NCBI GenBank assembly: GCA_024679065.1
Contig: JAGIQG010000002.1
Span: forward strand, 65,906,001-65,970,000
Direction: 5' to 3'
Origin: Sphyrna mokarran
Lineage: Eukaryota
DNA length: 64,000 bases
Part shown: positions 26,929 through 38,254 of the stretch, piece after piece
How the letters are laid out: each line of letters begins with the position of its first letter
Numbering within the stretch: position 1 is the first letter of the stretch
Program-made: the position numbers and the translations under genes
Notes under the pieces: generated by a model
Databases searched by the model: none
Told to the model about the DNA's origin: nothing
The model's input: only the letters and a program-made list of their open reading frames with translations

Positions 26929-27756
26929 GTGAGTTGATCTCCGTTTATTTTTGCTTTCTCTGTTTATCAGAGTCTCAGTATATCAAATCAGAATGTATTG
27001 AACAGTGAACATCTCCACAATTAACGTTAGTTGTATGCCACATAATCCACCTGCAGCAATACTAACTGATCCTATTTTCTGTCTGCAACATGGATGCCCT
27101 GCAAGATAGGAAATCTCATCTGCTGACCAGGTAGAGAACACGTTAGATCAATATTGAATGGTTGGGGGTGATCCTGAGCCCATGCTCACTGTCCATGTGA
27201 ATGCCAGCAGGGTTTCGAGATCCTGAATTTGTAGAGCTCACCACTGAGATTGCATCTTGGACCTTCCCCACTCCTTGCTATTTTACATGAATTTCAATAC
27301 ATTTCCATATCAGTAACTCGTCCTCTCACCAGATATTGACCCCCTGCCATATATTAATACCACACCAACATGGTTTACAACAGGTTCACAGATGTGAACG
27401 TATCGTGGGCTCCCGCCGGAGGCATACAGGGAAGTATAGCCCTTGAGGGGAGGAAGAAGTGGTCAGGCAGTGGCCTCACAGTGCCTTTGGCACTGCCTCT
27501 TGGCACAAGCTGGCACTTCTAAGTTGGCATGCCAGTGTGACAGTGCCACCCTGTGCCAAGTAGCTGGCCCCAGTGGGAGTGTCATGGGGGAGGGGGAATT
27601 CATTTAGATGTGGTGGTGGCTGGAAGTGGTCGGAGGCACAGGTGATTCCAGCAATGGCTGTTGCTGGATGGGGGGCAGGTAGTGATAGGTGCTGGCTGTG
27701 ACTGTAGGTGGGTGGCGTAGAGAAGGGCCTGAAAATCATAGTGTAGGGGAACATAA

Positions 27757-27925
27757 GGGGCTGATGATTGGTAGGGGGGAAGCGACAAGGGGCTGATGAT
27801 TGCTGGGGGAAAGCGTCAAGGGGCTGATGACGTGGGGGGACGAGGGGCTGATGACGTGGGGGGGACGAGGGGCTGATGACGTGGGGGGGACGAGGGGCTG
27901 ATGACGTGGGGGGGGACGAGGGAAA
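27757..27925 (+). repeat. G-rich minisatellite, ~24-26 bp unit (aggggctgatgacgtgggggggacg)
   Basis: Four near-perfect and two degenerate units; lies in a GC-rich block (~27100-28240) that is probably a non-autonomous element. Confidence 0.9.
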
Positions 27926-28067
27926 AAGGTGGTGATGAATTGGTGCTGGGGGGAGAAAGTCAGGGGTGAGGACAGGAGTCTTTGAGACCTCCATGACGAG
28001 CTGGGGGAAGACTTATACATGTTCTAATTGGAGCACTCTTTAAATATGGTGTACTGATCTCTATGCA

Positions 28068-28154
28068 GCCTAAAAAAAAATCAAGGTGGTGTGTTTCAAG
28101 CCATTATTCAGCACATTATTGAAACACATCACCTTGATTTTTTTTTTTTTAGGC
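28068..28154. repeat. Long inverted repeat / hairpin
   Basis: GCCT(A)9TCAAGGTGGTGTGTTTCAA - 19 nt loop - TTGAAACACATCACCTTGA(T)13AGGC. Confidence 0.85.
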
Positions 28155-29064
28155 AATGTTATAAGATCTGGAGAGAAAATCAGTGTGTTTCCCTCAACAC
28201 TTTGCCAAACACTTTGCCATTTTGTAGTAACGTTTCCCCAGTGAGTTGATTTGATTGGAAGCCCTTGTAATTCAAAATGTGGCTATTTTGTTAGGACGCA
28301 GGTGCTGAACTAGCTGCACTGCAGAACCATGTTTGACATTGAAAAAGCAAATATTTGCTGAAGCACTATTAAATTCCAAGTTGGGAGAGGCCCTTTTCGT
28401 AGGTTTAAGTTTTTCTGCACAGATCAATGTGCAGCTTTTATCATTTTTATTTGGGGAATTTGGTGTACTCCGGAACTTACCAGCTAACAAAGGAATATAC
28501 AACATTACGGACTGAAAAGATGGAGTTTGGGAAGAACAGAGTTTGAAAAAAAAATGTACTATTTAATGTATTTAAACCTGAGGATTTGGTAATTTATATA
28601 ACAGAGTAATATATTCTGTAAACCAATTAAATGAAATCAATTAAAAAATGTCACAGAAAGATGCATCTAGAGTAAGCCTGTAGTGTTGAAGCTCACATCA
28701 TCCATTAACAATCATAGTGTATGATTACATTAATAGGATTGGAGCTCATTAAAGCTGTCTCCTTGAAGCTTGTTATTTGAACCTGTTCAGCAATGGCATT
28801 TGCTTAATCATCCTATCACTGTATTGCTATAGCACTGAAGGAAATCATTTGATCTGTTGTGTCTATGCTGGCTTTCCAAATGAGCAATTCATTTAATGTT
28901 ATTTTCTCATCGCCTCTGTATCATGCTTCCTTTTCAGAATATTATATTCCTTTTATTTCAATGAGCCTAATATTGTTTTGAAGCATAAAATATATTTCTC
29001 CACATTTGAGAATTTGAATTTTTATTATGTTTACTGATTTAATCATATGTTTTTCATTCTTTAG

Positions 29065-29199
29065 GTGTTTTCCTACACTGCAAACAAGGAAATTAGAACT
29101 GATGACTTGTGCCTAGATGTGTCCAAACTTAACGGCCCTATCATGATGTTGAAGTGCCATCATCTGAAAGGCAATCAGCTTTGGGAGCATGATGCTGTG
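29065..29199 (+). CDS. GALNT1: GALNT1 coding exon (ricin-B lectin beta repeat)
   Basis: tttag|GTG TTT TCC...GCT GTG|gtaagt; 135 nt; [45 protein letters not shown]. Confidence 0.97.
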
Positions 29200-29564
29200 G
29201 TAAGTGTTTTCCATCAAGACATAGCTCGGAAACAAAATTAAGTTTTGAAACTATTTTTCTCAAGTATTGTGCTTGTTGCACAAAAGCAATTATACTAATA
29301 CAGTTAAACTTAAATAAACAAAATGATTCCAAGCATGCAGGTTCAGTTAGTACATGAATTGAAACCAGTTATCTTTAGCTGAAGAACTGCTGTGTGGAAA
29401 TAGTTTCCACAATTCCTAGAATCATAGAACTGGAGAAAGAGTAGTTTAAATATCATTCAAAACAAAAGCAAAATAGTCTTCATCACTGACTATCATTCAC
29501 CTACGGTTTTGTGCACTTTTACTTGGGAAGCTGCTCCTCTCAACTGGCACCTGGTTGTTTAAAG

Positions 29565-29797
29565 TTAAGGTTTTATTTATTAGTCACAAGTAAGGCTTAC
29601 ATTAACACTGCAATGAAGTTACTGTAAAATTTTCCTATTGCCACAGTCTGGTGCCTTTTGGGTCAGTGCACCTAACCAGCACGTCTTTCAGAATGTGGGA
29701 GGAAACTGGAGCACCCGGCGTAAATCCACGCAGACACAGGGAGAATGTGCAAACTCCACACACATAGTGACCCAAGCTGGGAATTGAACCCGGGTCC
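29565..29797 (-). mobile_element. V-domain tRNA-SINE (second tail type), 5'-truncated
   Basis: Reverse complement ggacccgggttcaattcccagcttgggtcact...gcagtgttaatgtaagccttacttgtgactaataaataaa. Confidence 0.85.
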
Positions 29798-29829
29798 AAT
29801 AGGATTCTGATTCGATCTCTTCTACCAAA

Positions 29830-30845
29830 GTGAATCATTGTGTGACTAGATCCTGAACTTGCTTATCCACAGACTACAATCAGTAAGGATAGGCAACAAC
29901 ATCTTCTCGATGATCATTGTTAACACCGATTCCCCACAAGGCTGTGTTCTCAGCTCCTTACTTATGACTGTGTGGCCAAATTCCCCTCCAATTCAATTTT
30001 CAAGTTTGCTGACAACATCACTGCAGTTGGTCGGATCTCAAACAATGATGAGACAGAGTACAGGAATGAGATAGAGAATCTGGTGAACTGGTGCAGCAAC
30101 AATAATCTCTCCTTCAATGTTAACAAAACGAAGAATATTGTCATCGATTTCAGGAAGCATAATGGAGGACATGCCCCTATCTACATCAATGGGGATGAAG
30201 TAGAAAGGGTTGAGAGCTTCAAGTTTTTAGGCATCCAGACCACCAACAACCTATCCTGGTTCCCAAATGCCCATACTATAGTTAAGAAAGCCTGCCAATG
30301 CCTCTACTTTCTCAGAAAACTAAGATAATTTTGCCTGTCAGCTACAATTCTCACCAACTTTTATAGATGCACAATAGAAAGCATTCTTTCTTGTTCTGTC
30401 ACAGTTTGATATGGCTCCTGCTCTGCCTAAGATCACAAGAAATAACAAAAGGTTGTGAATGAAGCCCAATCCATCATGCAAACCAGCCTCCCATCCATTG
30501 ACTCTGTCCACACTTCCTGCTGCCTCGGCAAAGCAGCCAGCATAATTAAGGATCCCAGGCACTCTGGACGTTATTTCTTCCACCTACTTCCCTCGGGGGG
30601 AAAAAAATATAAAATGTTGACGTCACATCAACAAACTTTAGAACAGCCTCTTCCCTGCTGCCATTATACTTTTGAATGGACCTGCCTTGCATTAAGTTGA
30701 TCTTTCTTGACATTCTAGCTATGACTATAACACTACATTCTACGCATTCTCATTTCCTTCTTTATGAATAGTATGCTTCATCTATATGGTGCACAAGAAA
30801 CAATACTTTTCACTACGCCGATACATATGACAATAATAAATAAAA
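29830..30845 (+). mobile_element. Rex/Babar-type LINE 3' end (RT C-terminus and 3' UTR)
   Basis: SPQGCVLS, IFKFADNITAVGRISNNDETEYR...NVNKTKNIVIDFRK...VESFKFLG; tail gacaataataaataaa. Confidence 0.85.
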
Positions 30846-31127
30846 TTTAAAAAGCAAATCACCTGACACTTCTCTATTAGATTCCATCTAGTACTTATTT
30901 ACCTATTCTGCTGTGCCCTGTTGCAATTGATTGATACCATCATTACTAGCTGTTAGCTGTCAGACCTCCCAGTTTGCTATTATCAGCAAATTTTTAAATT
31001 GTATTACAGATTCCAATATCTCAGTCATCTATGTATAACAGAAAATACAGTGGGTCCAGCATTGAACTGTCTATCATCCTCCAGATAAAATGCAGCCATT
31101 TACTATGATTTGCTGTTTTGACTAGAA

Positions 31128-31412
31128 TGGCATGGTAGCACAGTGGTTAGTACTGCTGCCTCACGGTGCCAGGAACCCAGGTTCAATTCCCAACTTGACT
31201 CTCTGTCAGTTCTCTCCATGTCTGTGTGGGTTTCCTTCGAGTGCTCTGGTTTCCTTCCACTGTCTGAAAGATGTGCTGGTTAGATGCATTGGCCATAGTA
31301 AATTCTCCGTCAGTGTACCCAAACAAGCACCAAATGTGGCGAATGGAGGATTTTCACACTAACTTAATTACAGTGTTAATATATACCTACTTATGATTCT
31401 AATAAATAAACT
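31128..31412 (+). mobile_element. V-domain tRNA-SINE (second tail type)
   Basis: ggcatggtagcacagtggttagtactgctgcctcac head and cagtgttaat...aataaataaac tail. Confidence 0.85.
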
Positions 31413-31499
31413 TTAATCTTTAAAACTTTAATTTTTTTGGCCTTCCTTAGACTTGGGGTGGTGCTGGAGAATTGAAACATAAAACCTTGTTCATAAAAT

Positions 31500-31800
31500 G
31501 TCAAGATAAGCCAAGGAACTACAGGCCTGTCAGTTTAACTTTGGTGATAGGAAAAAGTTCTAGAAATAAAATTTCTGGACAAAATTATTTGTCACTTGGA
31601 CAAATGTAGATTAACTAAGAAAAGCCGGTGTATATTTATTGAGGAAAAATCGTGTTTAACTAACTTGTTAGGGTTTCTTTGATGATGCAAATTATTGAAA
31701 ACTGTTGCTGATGTGGTTTATATACATTTCCAAAAGGAATTTGATACAGTGCCAAACAACAACTTTGAGAAAAGTTATAACTCATGGAATAAAAGGGACA
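31500..31800 (+). mobile_element. CR1 RT fragment
   Basis: NYRPVSLTLVIGK, SCLTNLL and DVVYIHFQKEFDTVP motifs. Confidence 0.7.
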
Positions 31801-31879
31801 AGTCAGGTGCAGATCAGAATTCTCTCAAAGCTGGATCCAGGGTTCCCTTGATATTTCAGCAAACTTTTCCAGTAACAGG

Positions 31880-32340
31880 AGTCTATTCAGAAAAGTTAGA
31901 GATGTAATGGGTTTTAAGCAAGTCAGAAGGAGGGCCTGTAATAGGGCAGAAAGCAGGAAAGATTAAGTAACAAAGATTGGCAGGGCATGGCTGAAGTGAG
32001 TGGTAATGGGGCAAGTAAAACAACAAAAGATGAAGTGAGAGTGACAGAACTATGCATAACTGCCATCTGAAAGCAGGAAAAATGAGTGAAAAACTAACAA
32101 AGAAAAATGAAACAAAATGGGATCAAAATTTAAAATTTGCTATTGTTGAGCAGTGATGAGTCTGGAAGGTTTTAAAGTGGCAAGAGCTTAATCAAAAGAT
32201 TAGGTGCTATTCCTCATGTTTGCTTTTGAGCTTCATTGGAACACCACAGAAGAGTGAGGGAAAGCAAGATCTGTCTGGGAGCAAGGTGGAGAATTAAAAT
32301 GTCAGGTGATGTTTCCAATCCTCGTTACCCTTGCCTAACA
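31880..32340 (-). mobile_element. Penelope-like element 3' fragment
   Basis: Reverse complement tgttccaatgaagctcaaaagc...gaggaatagcacctaatctttt (CSNEAQ...EE.HLIF), homologous to 40880-40990. Confidence 0.6.
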
Positions 32341-33204
32341 ACAACTATCAATGCTCCAGAAGTTTCATCCCTATTTTCTCAGCTCTTCTGGGCAAATTCT
32401 GTTTATCCCTAGAGCCCTTTCAATTTGTCTAGGGCTTGCACCATATTTGTACCAATGTCATTGGATCCAGAAGTTTTGCTTAGGTTGCCTCTCTTTTTCA
32501 CACTGGCATGTTTTACGCATCTTCCTTTGCAGATACTTTAAGGAAGTACTCATTCAGGATACTTGTTGTTTTGTGTTTATCCTTGACTTTGAACCTCTCT
32601 TCATTTTTCATATTTTGATTATTGGTTGTAAAATAAAATGCGCAGTTATATTTTATCTACATTTCCTTTGTCCCTTCAGTCACTCATTTAATGTGTTTCT
32701 CCATGATCCTCTATTCATAATAATTGAGCTCTTCCTTTGCAAGATTTAGAGGCCATTTTCTTCATTTCACTTTTAACTTGTCAGTCCATTTAAAAATCAT
32801 GCTAGCTTCATTTAAAGGTGTTCAATTTATTCTCTGCTAAGCTATTGGTAAACATCCTGTTTTGGTTATTCCCTCATTTCTTTGAATTGAAGACTTTTGC
32901 TGTTAGATATGTTGAAGGCCAAGAGCCAGATATCTAAATGCAGAATTGTGTAGCCAATGCCTCTCAGGGCTTTACAACTTCTGTTCCTTGTACTTTGTTA
33001 GGATCATTAATGAATACCATGTCTGAATCAGCGATGCTTCTCATAACATCCTTGAAGCACTTGCCAAATCTTATTCTAAACCACTTGAATTTTCCTGTTG
33101 TATATTGGGTTGCTTCAAGGCTCTTTGTGAGTAGCTTGTTTGCACTCATGTTTTTAATCAGTAGCAATAGACCGAAGAGTACTAGCAATTTCTTTTTTTT
33201 TCAG

Positions 33205-33351
33205 AAATTGACACTGTTACATGTGAACAGCAACCAATGCTTGGATAAATCCACAGAGGCAGACAGCCAGGTGCCCACTATGAAAGATTGCAATGGGAGC
33301 CGCTCACAACAATGGATTCTGCGTAATGTCACGCTTCCTGAGGTTTTCTGA
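33205..33351 (+). CDS. GALNT1: GALNT1 last coding exon (ricin-B lectin gamma repeat, stop codon)
   Basis: tttcag|AAA TTG ACA...TTC TGA; [48 protein letters not shown]; the RNVTLPE(V/I)F end is GALNT1-type rather than GALNT13-type. Confidence 0.96.
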   Translation, partial: KLTLLHVNSNQCLDKSTEADSQVPTMKDCNGSRSQQWILRNVTLPEVF

Positions 33352-33377
33352 TGGGTCAGCTCTGAAGATTTAATGGG

Positions 33378-33395
33378 CTACCTCTGTGCACCTTA
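33378..33395 (+). promoter_or_regulatory. Adjacent let-7 (CTACCTC) and miR-18 (GCACCTTA) seed matches in 3' UTR
   Basis: gggCTACCTCtgtGCACCTTA, 27-44 nt after the stop codon. Confidence 0.5.
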
Positions 33396-33564
33396 CTGCT
33401 AGATTTGTACTTAAATGAACTTCCATTTTAGCAGCTAATAGGTTCCTCCTCTGAGCATGTGGACTCATTTTGAAGGATGTTTAACACAAAACATTTTGCT
33501 CTTAGAACTGTATTCCTTCTTCATGGTTTGAGACTACAGACTTTGGAGAAACTGTGCACACTGA

Positions 33565-33572
33565 TGTTTACA
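33565..33572 (+). promoter_or_regulatory. miR-30 8mer site (TGTTTACA) in 3' UTR
   Basis: actgtgcacactgaTGTTTACA; GALNT1 is a described miR-30 target in mammals. Confidence 0.55.
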
Positions 33573-34591
33573 TTGTTTCTAACTGATTTAAAAAAGGGGA
33601 AAGTGGGGCTGACAAGATTGTTTAAATCTCAGTGAATGAACTTGCACTGTTCATTAAGCAAATATGGTTTAATCTAGGAAGTGGTCCTGACATATCACTA
33701 GTTTCGGCAGCATATCATTGTAATTTAATTGCACAATTGTCGTATTTATATGAAATCGTGACATAACCCCAAAAATGCCCAAAATATTTCAGAACATTTT
33801 GGTTTTTCCGTGGTAACCAATATTACATAATATCAGAGCAAGAGTAATGAATATATATCAAACACTCATTTAAATCACTTTTGTATGAATAAAGATCTAT
33901 TTAACAGGGACCGAATTCATGAGAAAATGAATAATACAATTATGATAACTTTAATTTTGTGTAGATTTTTATACCTCAATGAAGAATTAACCAGTTCTGA
34001 TTTACAAATTGTGAACATGCTGTTTTGTTTGCATTAGCAGTTGTTTCAGTTAACCCTTAATGCAGCATAATAGAAAAGTAGAGGCCACTTAAAGAAAGAA
34101 ATCTGTGCAAACATGTGTTTTTCCTAAACAATCTTATTTTGTTGCTTTTTTCTCCTTCATAATTTCTCACTCTGGTTTTGCAGACTATTGATTTTTGTTC
34201 TTTTGGCTCCTTCCCAAATTATCCTCTAAGAACTGCTGCTATGAACCAGTCAAGGAGCATTTCGCTAACCAACTTTTGAAAGATAGTGAATAAATGTTTC
34301 TGTATAGTTTGGCTTTGTATTCTTGATAAATAATACATTTGCTCATAATGTTAGGATTGTGTGTGGCCTAGGTTCTCTTGGATGTAGATTTTCTTTTTTT
34401 CCATTTTATATATTTTATTTTATAAAACCCATTAAATTCACAATAATAAATGCTCATTCATCAGTTGGACTGAGCTGCAGCTGGAATTTTTGCAGGAAGA
34501 AGTCTTCACACCGTCCATATACCATCTTACCACTCCATTATTTGTATAACTACACTAGATTCTGTGAAATACTGGTGATTGCTTTTTTCCT

Positions 34592-34597
34592 AATAAA
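34592..34597 (+). terminator. Candidate main polyadenylation signal of GALNT1
   Basis: AATAAA followed ~20 nt later by tcatgtgtgtttg, near the end of the repeat-free UTR. Confidence 0.45.
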
Positions 34598-35769
34598 ATT
34601 TTGAAAATGTTTCAGTCATGTGTGTTTGCTACCTATCCATATCAGACAGCAATAAAATATCCAATTTTTACAAGTCCTGTGTTAACTTTATTTTTTGGTT
34701 TCTTTCCCTTTTTTTAATCCCCTTTTCTGTCCTTTCCCAAAAGCACTATTCTTTGGATATTGTTCCATTAGTACTGATGGATGTCCAGAGCCAATAAAAA
34801 AGTAAAGTTCTGCAGATGCTGGAAATAGTCAACATGTTAGGCAACATCTGTGAAGAAAGAAACAAAGTTATTGGCCCGAATTTTACCATTGCGTCCACCA
34901 TGGGAATTGGTGTGGGAAAGAGGTGGACCATGGTTGACTTTGGGGAGGATTTTACACTTTCGGGATAAGCAAGCCTGTAAAATTCTACTGGATGATGCCC
35001 TTGCATGAGACTTTGCAGTACCAATATTTAGCAGCCATTTTTCATGCAAACTCCTTGAGAGTGAGTGTTGGTCTGTGGAATGTGTCATGGTCAAGGTCAA
35101 TTTTGCTATCATCTAGCCATACATTCATAATGTTCCAGCAAGCAATCACTAAATCATTCAGATTTCCTTCTCCCTAACTTGAGCGTTGAGGATATCTGGA
35201 ACATCTCAGTTGCTGGTCCAGCTAACTCCACACAGACTGGAAATTGAACTGGGGCTCTGCAGCAGTCTATTCATTTCAATTTTTGGCAACCTTTGAAACT
35301 TGACATGTTATTTTTACATTCCTTTTGTAGCATTTATACCCAGGTTTAATAGTAAATGATTTTGTCTTATCTCAATTCTTTTTTCTCCCCTTGTCCACAC
35401 ACTTCCCAGTTACATCTGATGCACTCCATTCATTAAACAGTTTCCAAACACCTGGCCCTAACCATCTCCTTTTCAGAGTGGATCTTCCTACATTATCAAT
35501 CCCTACCAGAATGATCTGAGGACTGTTTCCTTGAATGGAATCCCAAACAGTTTCCATTCAATACCACCTTCTTCTGCCTGGATCAACTCACCCTCATGTT
35601 GAACAACATGTCCTTCAACTCTATCTGCACATAAAAGCTGTTATTATGGCTATTTGCATTGGGCCTGGCTATGCCTACTTTTTTGTACAACATGTGCAAT
35701 ATTCTCTGCTCTGATCCAAGTCAAACCTTCCCTAAATCTTTTAACTGAAAAATTTTGTCAATTTATCCC

Positions 35770-36410
35770 TTGAAAGTGGAGCCACAGATGGATAGAGTGG
35801 TGAAGAAGGCATTCGGCATGCTTGGTTTCATCAGAAATTGAATACAGGAGTTGGAACGTCCTGTTGAAGTTGTACAGGACATTGGTAAGGCCACACTTGG
35901 AATACTGTGCACAATTCTGATTACCCAATTATAGAAAGGATATTATTAAACTAGAAAGAGTCAGAAAAGATTTACTGGGATGCCACCAGGACTTGATGAA
36001 TTGAGGTATAAGGAGAGACTGGATAGACTGGTCATTTTTCTTTAAAGTGTAGGAGGCTGAGGGGTGATCTTATAGAGGTTTATAAAATAATGAGGTACAC
36101 AGATCAGCTAGATAGCCAATATCTTTTCCCAAAAGGTAGAGGAGTCTAACATTAAAGGGCATATGTTTAAGGTGAGAGGGGAGAGATTCAAAAGTGTCCA
36201 GAGGGTCAGTCTTCTCATACACAGGATGGTGAGTGTCTGGAACAAGTTGCTAGAGGTAGTAATAGAGGCGGGTACAATTTTTTAAGAAACATTTAGATGG
36301 TTAAATGGGTATGATGGGTATAGAGGGATATGGGCCAAATGGGGGCAATTGGGACTAGCTTAGGGGTTTTTAAAAAAATGGCAGCATAGATAAGTTGGGC
36401 CAAAATTACT
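35770..36410 (+). mobile_element. CR1 LINE 3' end
   Basis: LYRTLVRPHLEYCAQF motif and CR1 3' UTR. Confidence 0.85.
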
Positions 36411-36503
36411 GACACTCTTTCCACTATTGTGTGGTTCATTTTTAACTTGTCCCTTCCTTGCCTTGACTTTATCTCCATTTCTGAGGATATACTATCAACT
36501 AAT

Positions 36504-36747
36504 CCGGTTTCCTCCCACACCCCAAAAAACGTGGTCTTAGGCTGATTAGTGTTAACAAATTGTCCCTAAATTACACACTCCTCAATCTGGTTATAATTCT
36601 CTAAATTTGCACACCTTTATTGTGGAGTCCAATAGGTGTAGACAAAGGTCACAGGAAGAAGAGGGATTGGAATGAGGCACTCACTGAATGATAAAATGGC
36701 AGCATGGGCTGAAGGGCCTGTTTCCTGTGCTGTGTTGTTCTTTGTAA
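36504..36747 (+). mobile_element. 3' end of the CR1/V-domain chimeric family
   Basis: ccggtttcctcccacaccccaaaaaacgtggtcttaggctgattag...acaaattgtccctaa...gggctgaagggcctgtttcctgtgctgtgttgttctttg, matching the reverse complement of 51160-51330. Confidence 0.7.
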
Positions 36748-37045
36748 TTTCATTGCAAGCTCACTGAAGCCCATAATTATCTGGACTATAATTAATCACC
36801 TGCTCTCTTTAAAGATTCTATCCCAGTTTTTCTGTCTCCATCATTCCTATTATGACAATGCAACTACCTTGCTAGTGATAAGTCTTCCATTTCCCTCAAA
36901 GAATTCCCTTCCTCCCCCACCCCTCCAGCCATTCTTCTCCTCTGGTTGACAGGGTCTTTGACCATGTCGATTTCATTTTATGTATTTATGCTCTCACTCC
37001 TTACCCTTCTCCACTCTAGAATCAGAATAGGGTTCTTTTGACTTC

Positions 37046-37677
37046 ATAAAGAAGGCATACGGAGTCTTAGCTTTTATTGGTAGGGGGATTGAATTTCGGA
37101 GCCGCAACGTCATGTTGCAACTGTACAAAACTCTAGTGCGGCCGCACTTGGAGTATTGTGTGCAGTTCTGGTCCCCACATTATAAGAAAGATGTGGAGGC
37201 ATTGGAGAGGGTACAGAGGAGGTTTACCAGGATGTTGCCTGGTATGGAGGGCAGGTCTTATGAAGAGAGGCTGAGGGATTTGAGGTTGTTTTCGTTAGAA
37301 AGGAGGCGGCTAAGAGGGGACCTTATTGAAACATATAAGATGATTAGAGGTTTAGATAGGGTGGACAGTGATAGCCTTTTTCCTAGGATGGAGAAAGCTA
37401 GCACGAGGGGACACAGCTTTAAATTAAGGGGTGATAGTTATAGGACGGATATCAGAGGTAGGTTCTTTACCCAAAGGGTGGTTAGGGAGTGGAATGCCCT
37501 GCCTGCAGCAGTTGTAGATGCGCCAAGTTTGGTGGCGTTTAAGAGGTTAGTTGATAAGTTTATGGAAGAGAAGGGAATGGTTTAGTTTGGAGGGTCATTG
37601 CTTTTTATAATGGTCGGCACAACATCGAAGGCCGAAGGGCCTGTTCTGCGCTGTAATGTTCTATGTTCTATGTTCTA
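37046..37677 (+). mobile_element. Young CR1 LINE 3' end (intact ORF2 C-terminus)
   Basis: ORF 37112-37585 [19 protein letters not shown]...FFTQRVVREWNALP; tail (tgttcta)3. Confidence 0.92.
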
Positions 37678-37904
37678 AAGCACCCCTTCAGCTTCTGTAC
37701 TCAATCAATTCTCTTCTATAGTTTCTGCTATCTTGAATTTGTTCTCCTTAATACATGCATCTTCTACTTTTTTAGGCATTCCAAAAGGACCATTCCCCCC
37801 ATGACACCTCAATTCACCCCTAACTAACCCTTGCCTTTCCAAGCACCTTGCAACACAAGAGTGGGAGATGCAACTTTTATCTCCATTCTCAGGAGTTAGG
37901 GCTC

Positions 37905-38250
37905 CAAACCAGCCTCCCACCCGTTGACTCTTGTCCACGCTTCCCACTGCCTTGGCAAAGTAGCCAATATAATTAAGCACCCCATGCATTCCAGACATTC
38001 TCTCTTCCACCTTCTACCGTAAGAAGAAAAATAAGTCTGAGGTCATGTACCAACTGACTTGAGAATAGCTTCTTCTCTGCTGTCTCAGACTTCTGAATAG
38101 ACTTGCCTTGTATTAAGTTGATTTTTCTCTACATGCTAGCTATGACTGTGATATTACATTCTCCACTCTCTTGTTTCCTTCTCTATGAACAGTATGCATT
38201 GTCTGTATAGTACATAAAAAACAATATTTTTCACTGCATGCTAATACATA
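37905..38250 (+). mobile_element. Rex/Babar-type LINE 3' end
   Basis: Homologous to 30478-30830 (aaaccagcctccca...cattctccactctcttgtttccttctctatgaacagtatgc). Confidence 0.8.
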
Positions 38251-38254
38251 GAGA

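Larger units (their letters stand above)
33352..34620 (+). other. GALNT1: GALNT1 3' UTR (3' end approximate)
   Basis: AT-rich stretch after the stop with no recognised TE; AATAAA at 33888, 34289, 34445, 34592 and 34651; the 34592 signal is followed by GT/T-rich sequence. Confidence 0.65.

Noticed and set aside
27760-27925. Tandem hammerheads (repeated CTGATGA plus short CGT/ACG stem) or a CRISPR-like array
   Set aside because: No GAAA after the putative stem II; no unique spacers or cas genes; eukaryotic minisatellite
27476-28020. Pro-rich 172-aa and 94-aa minus-strand ORFs
   Set aside because: Artefacts of translating the G-rich minisatellite and GC-rich repeat
32938-33204. In-frame upstream extension of the last GALNT1 exon (137-aa ORF)
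   Set aside because: A strong acceptor at 33204 explains the exon; the extension has no recognisable homology
9688-33351. Paralog GALNT13
   Set aside because: C-terminus RNVTLPEVF and [18 protein letters not shown] and KPFSW segments fit GALNT1 as recalled; a phylogeny would settle it
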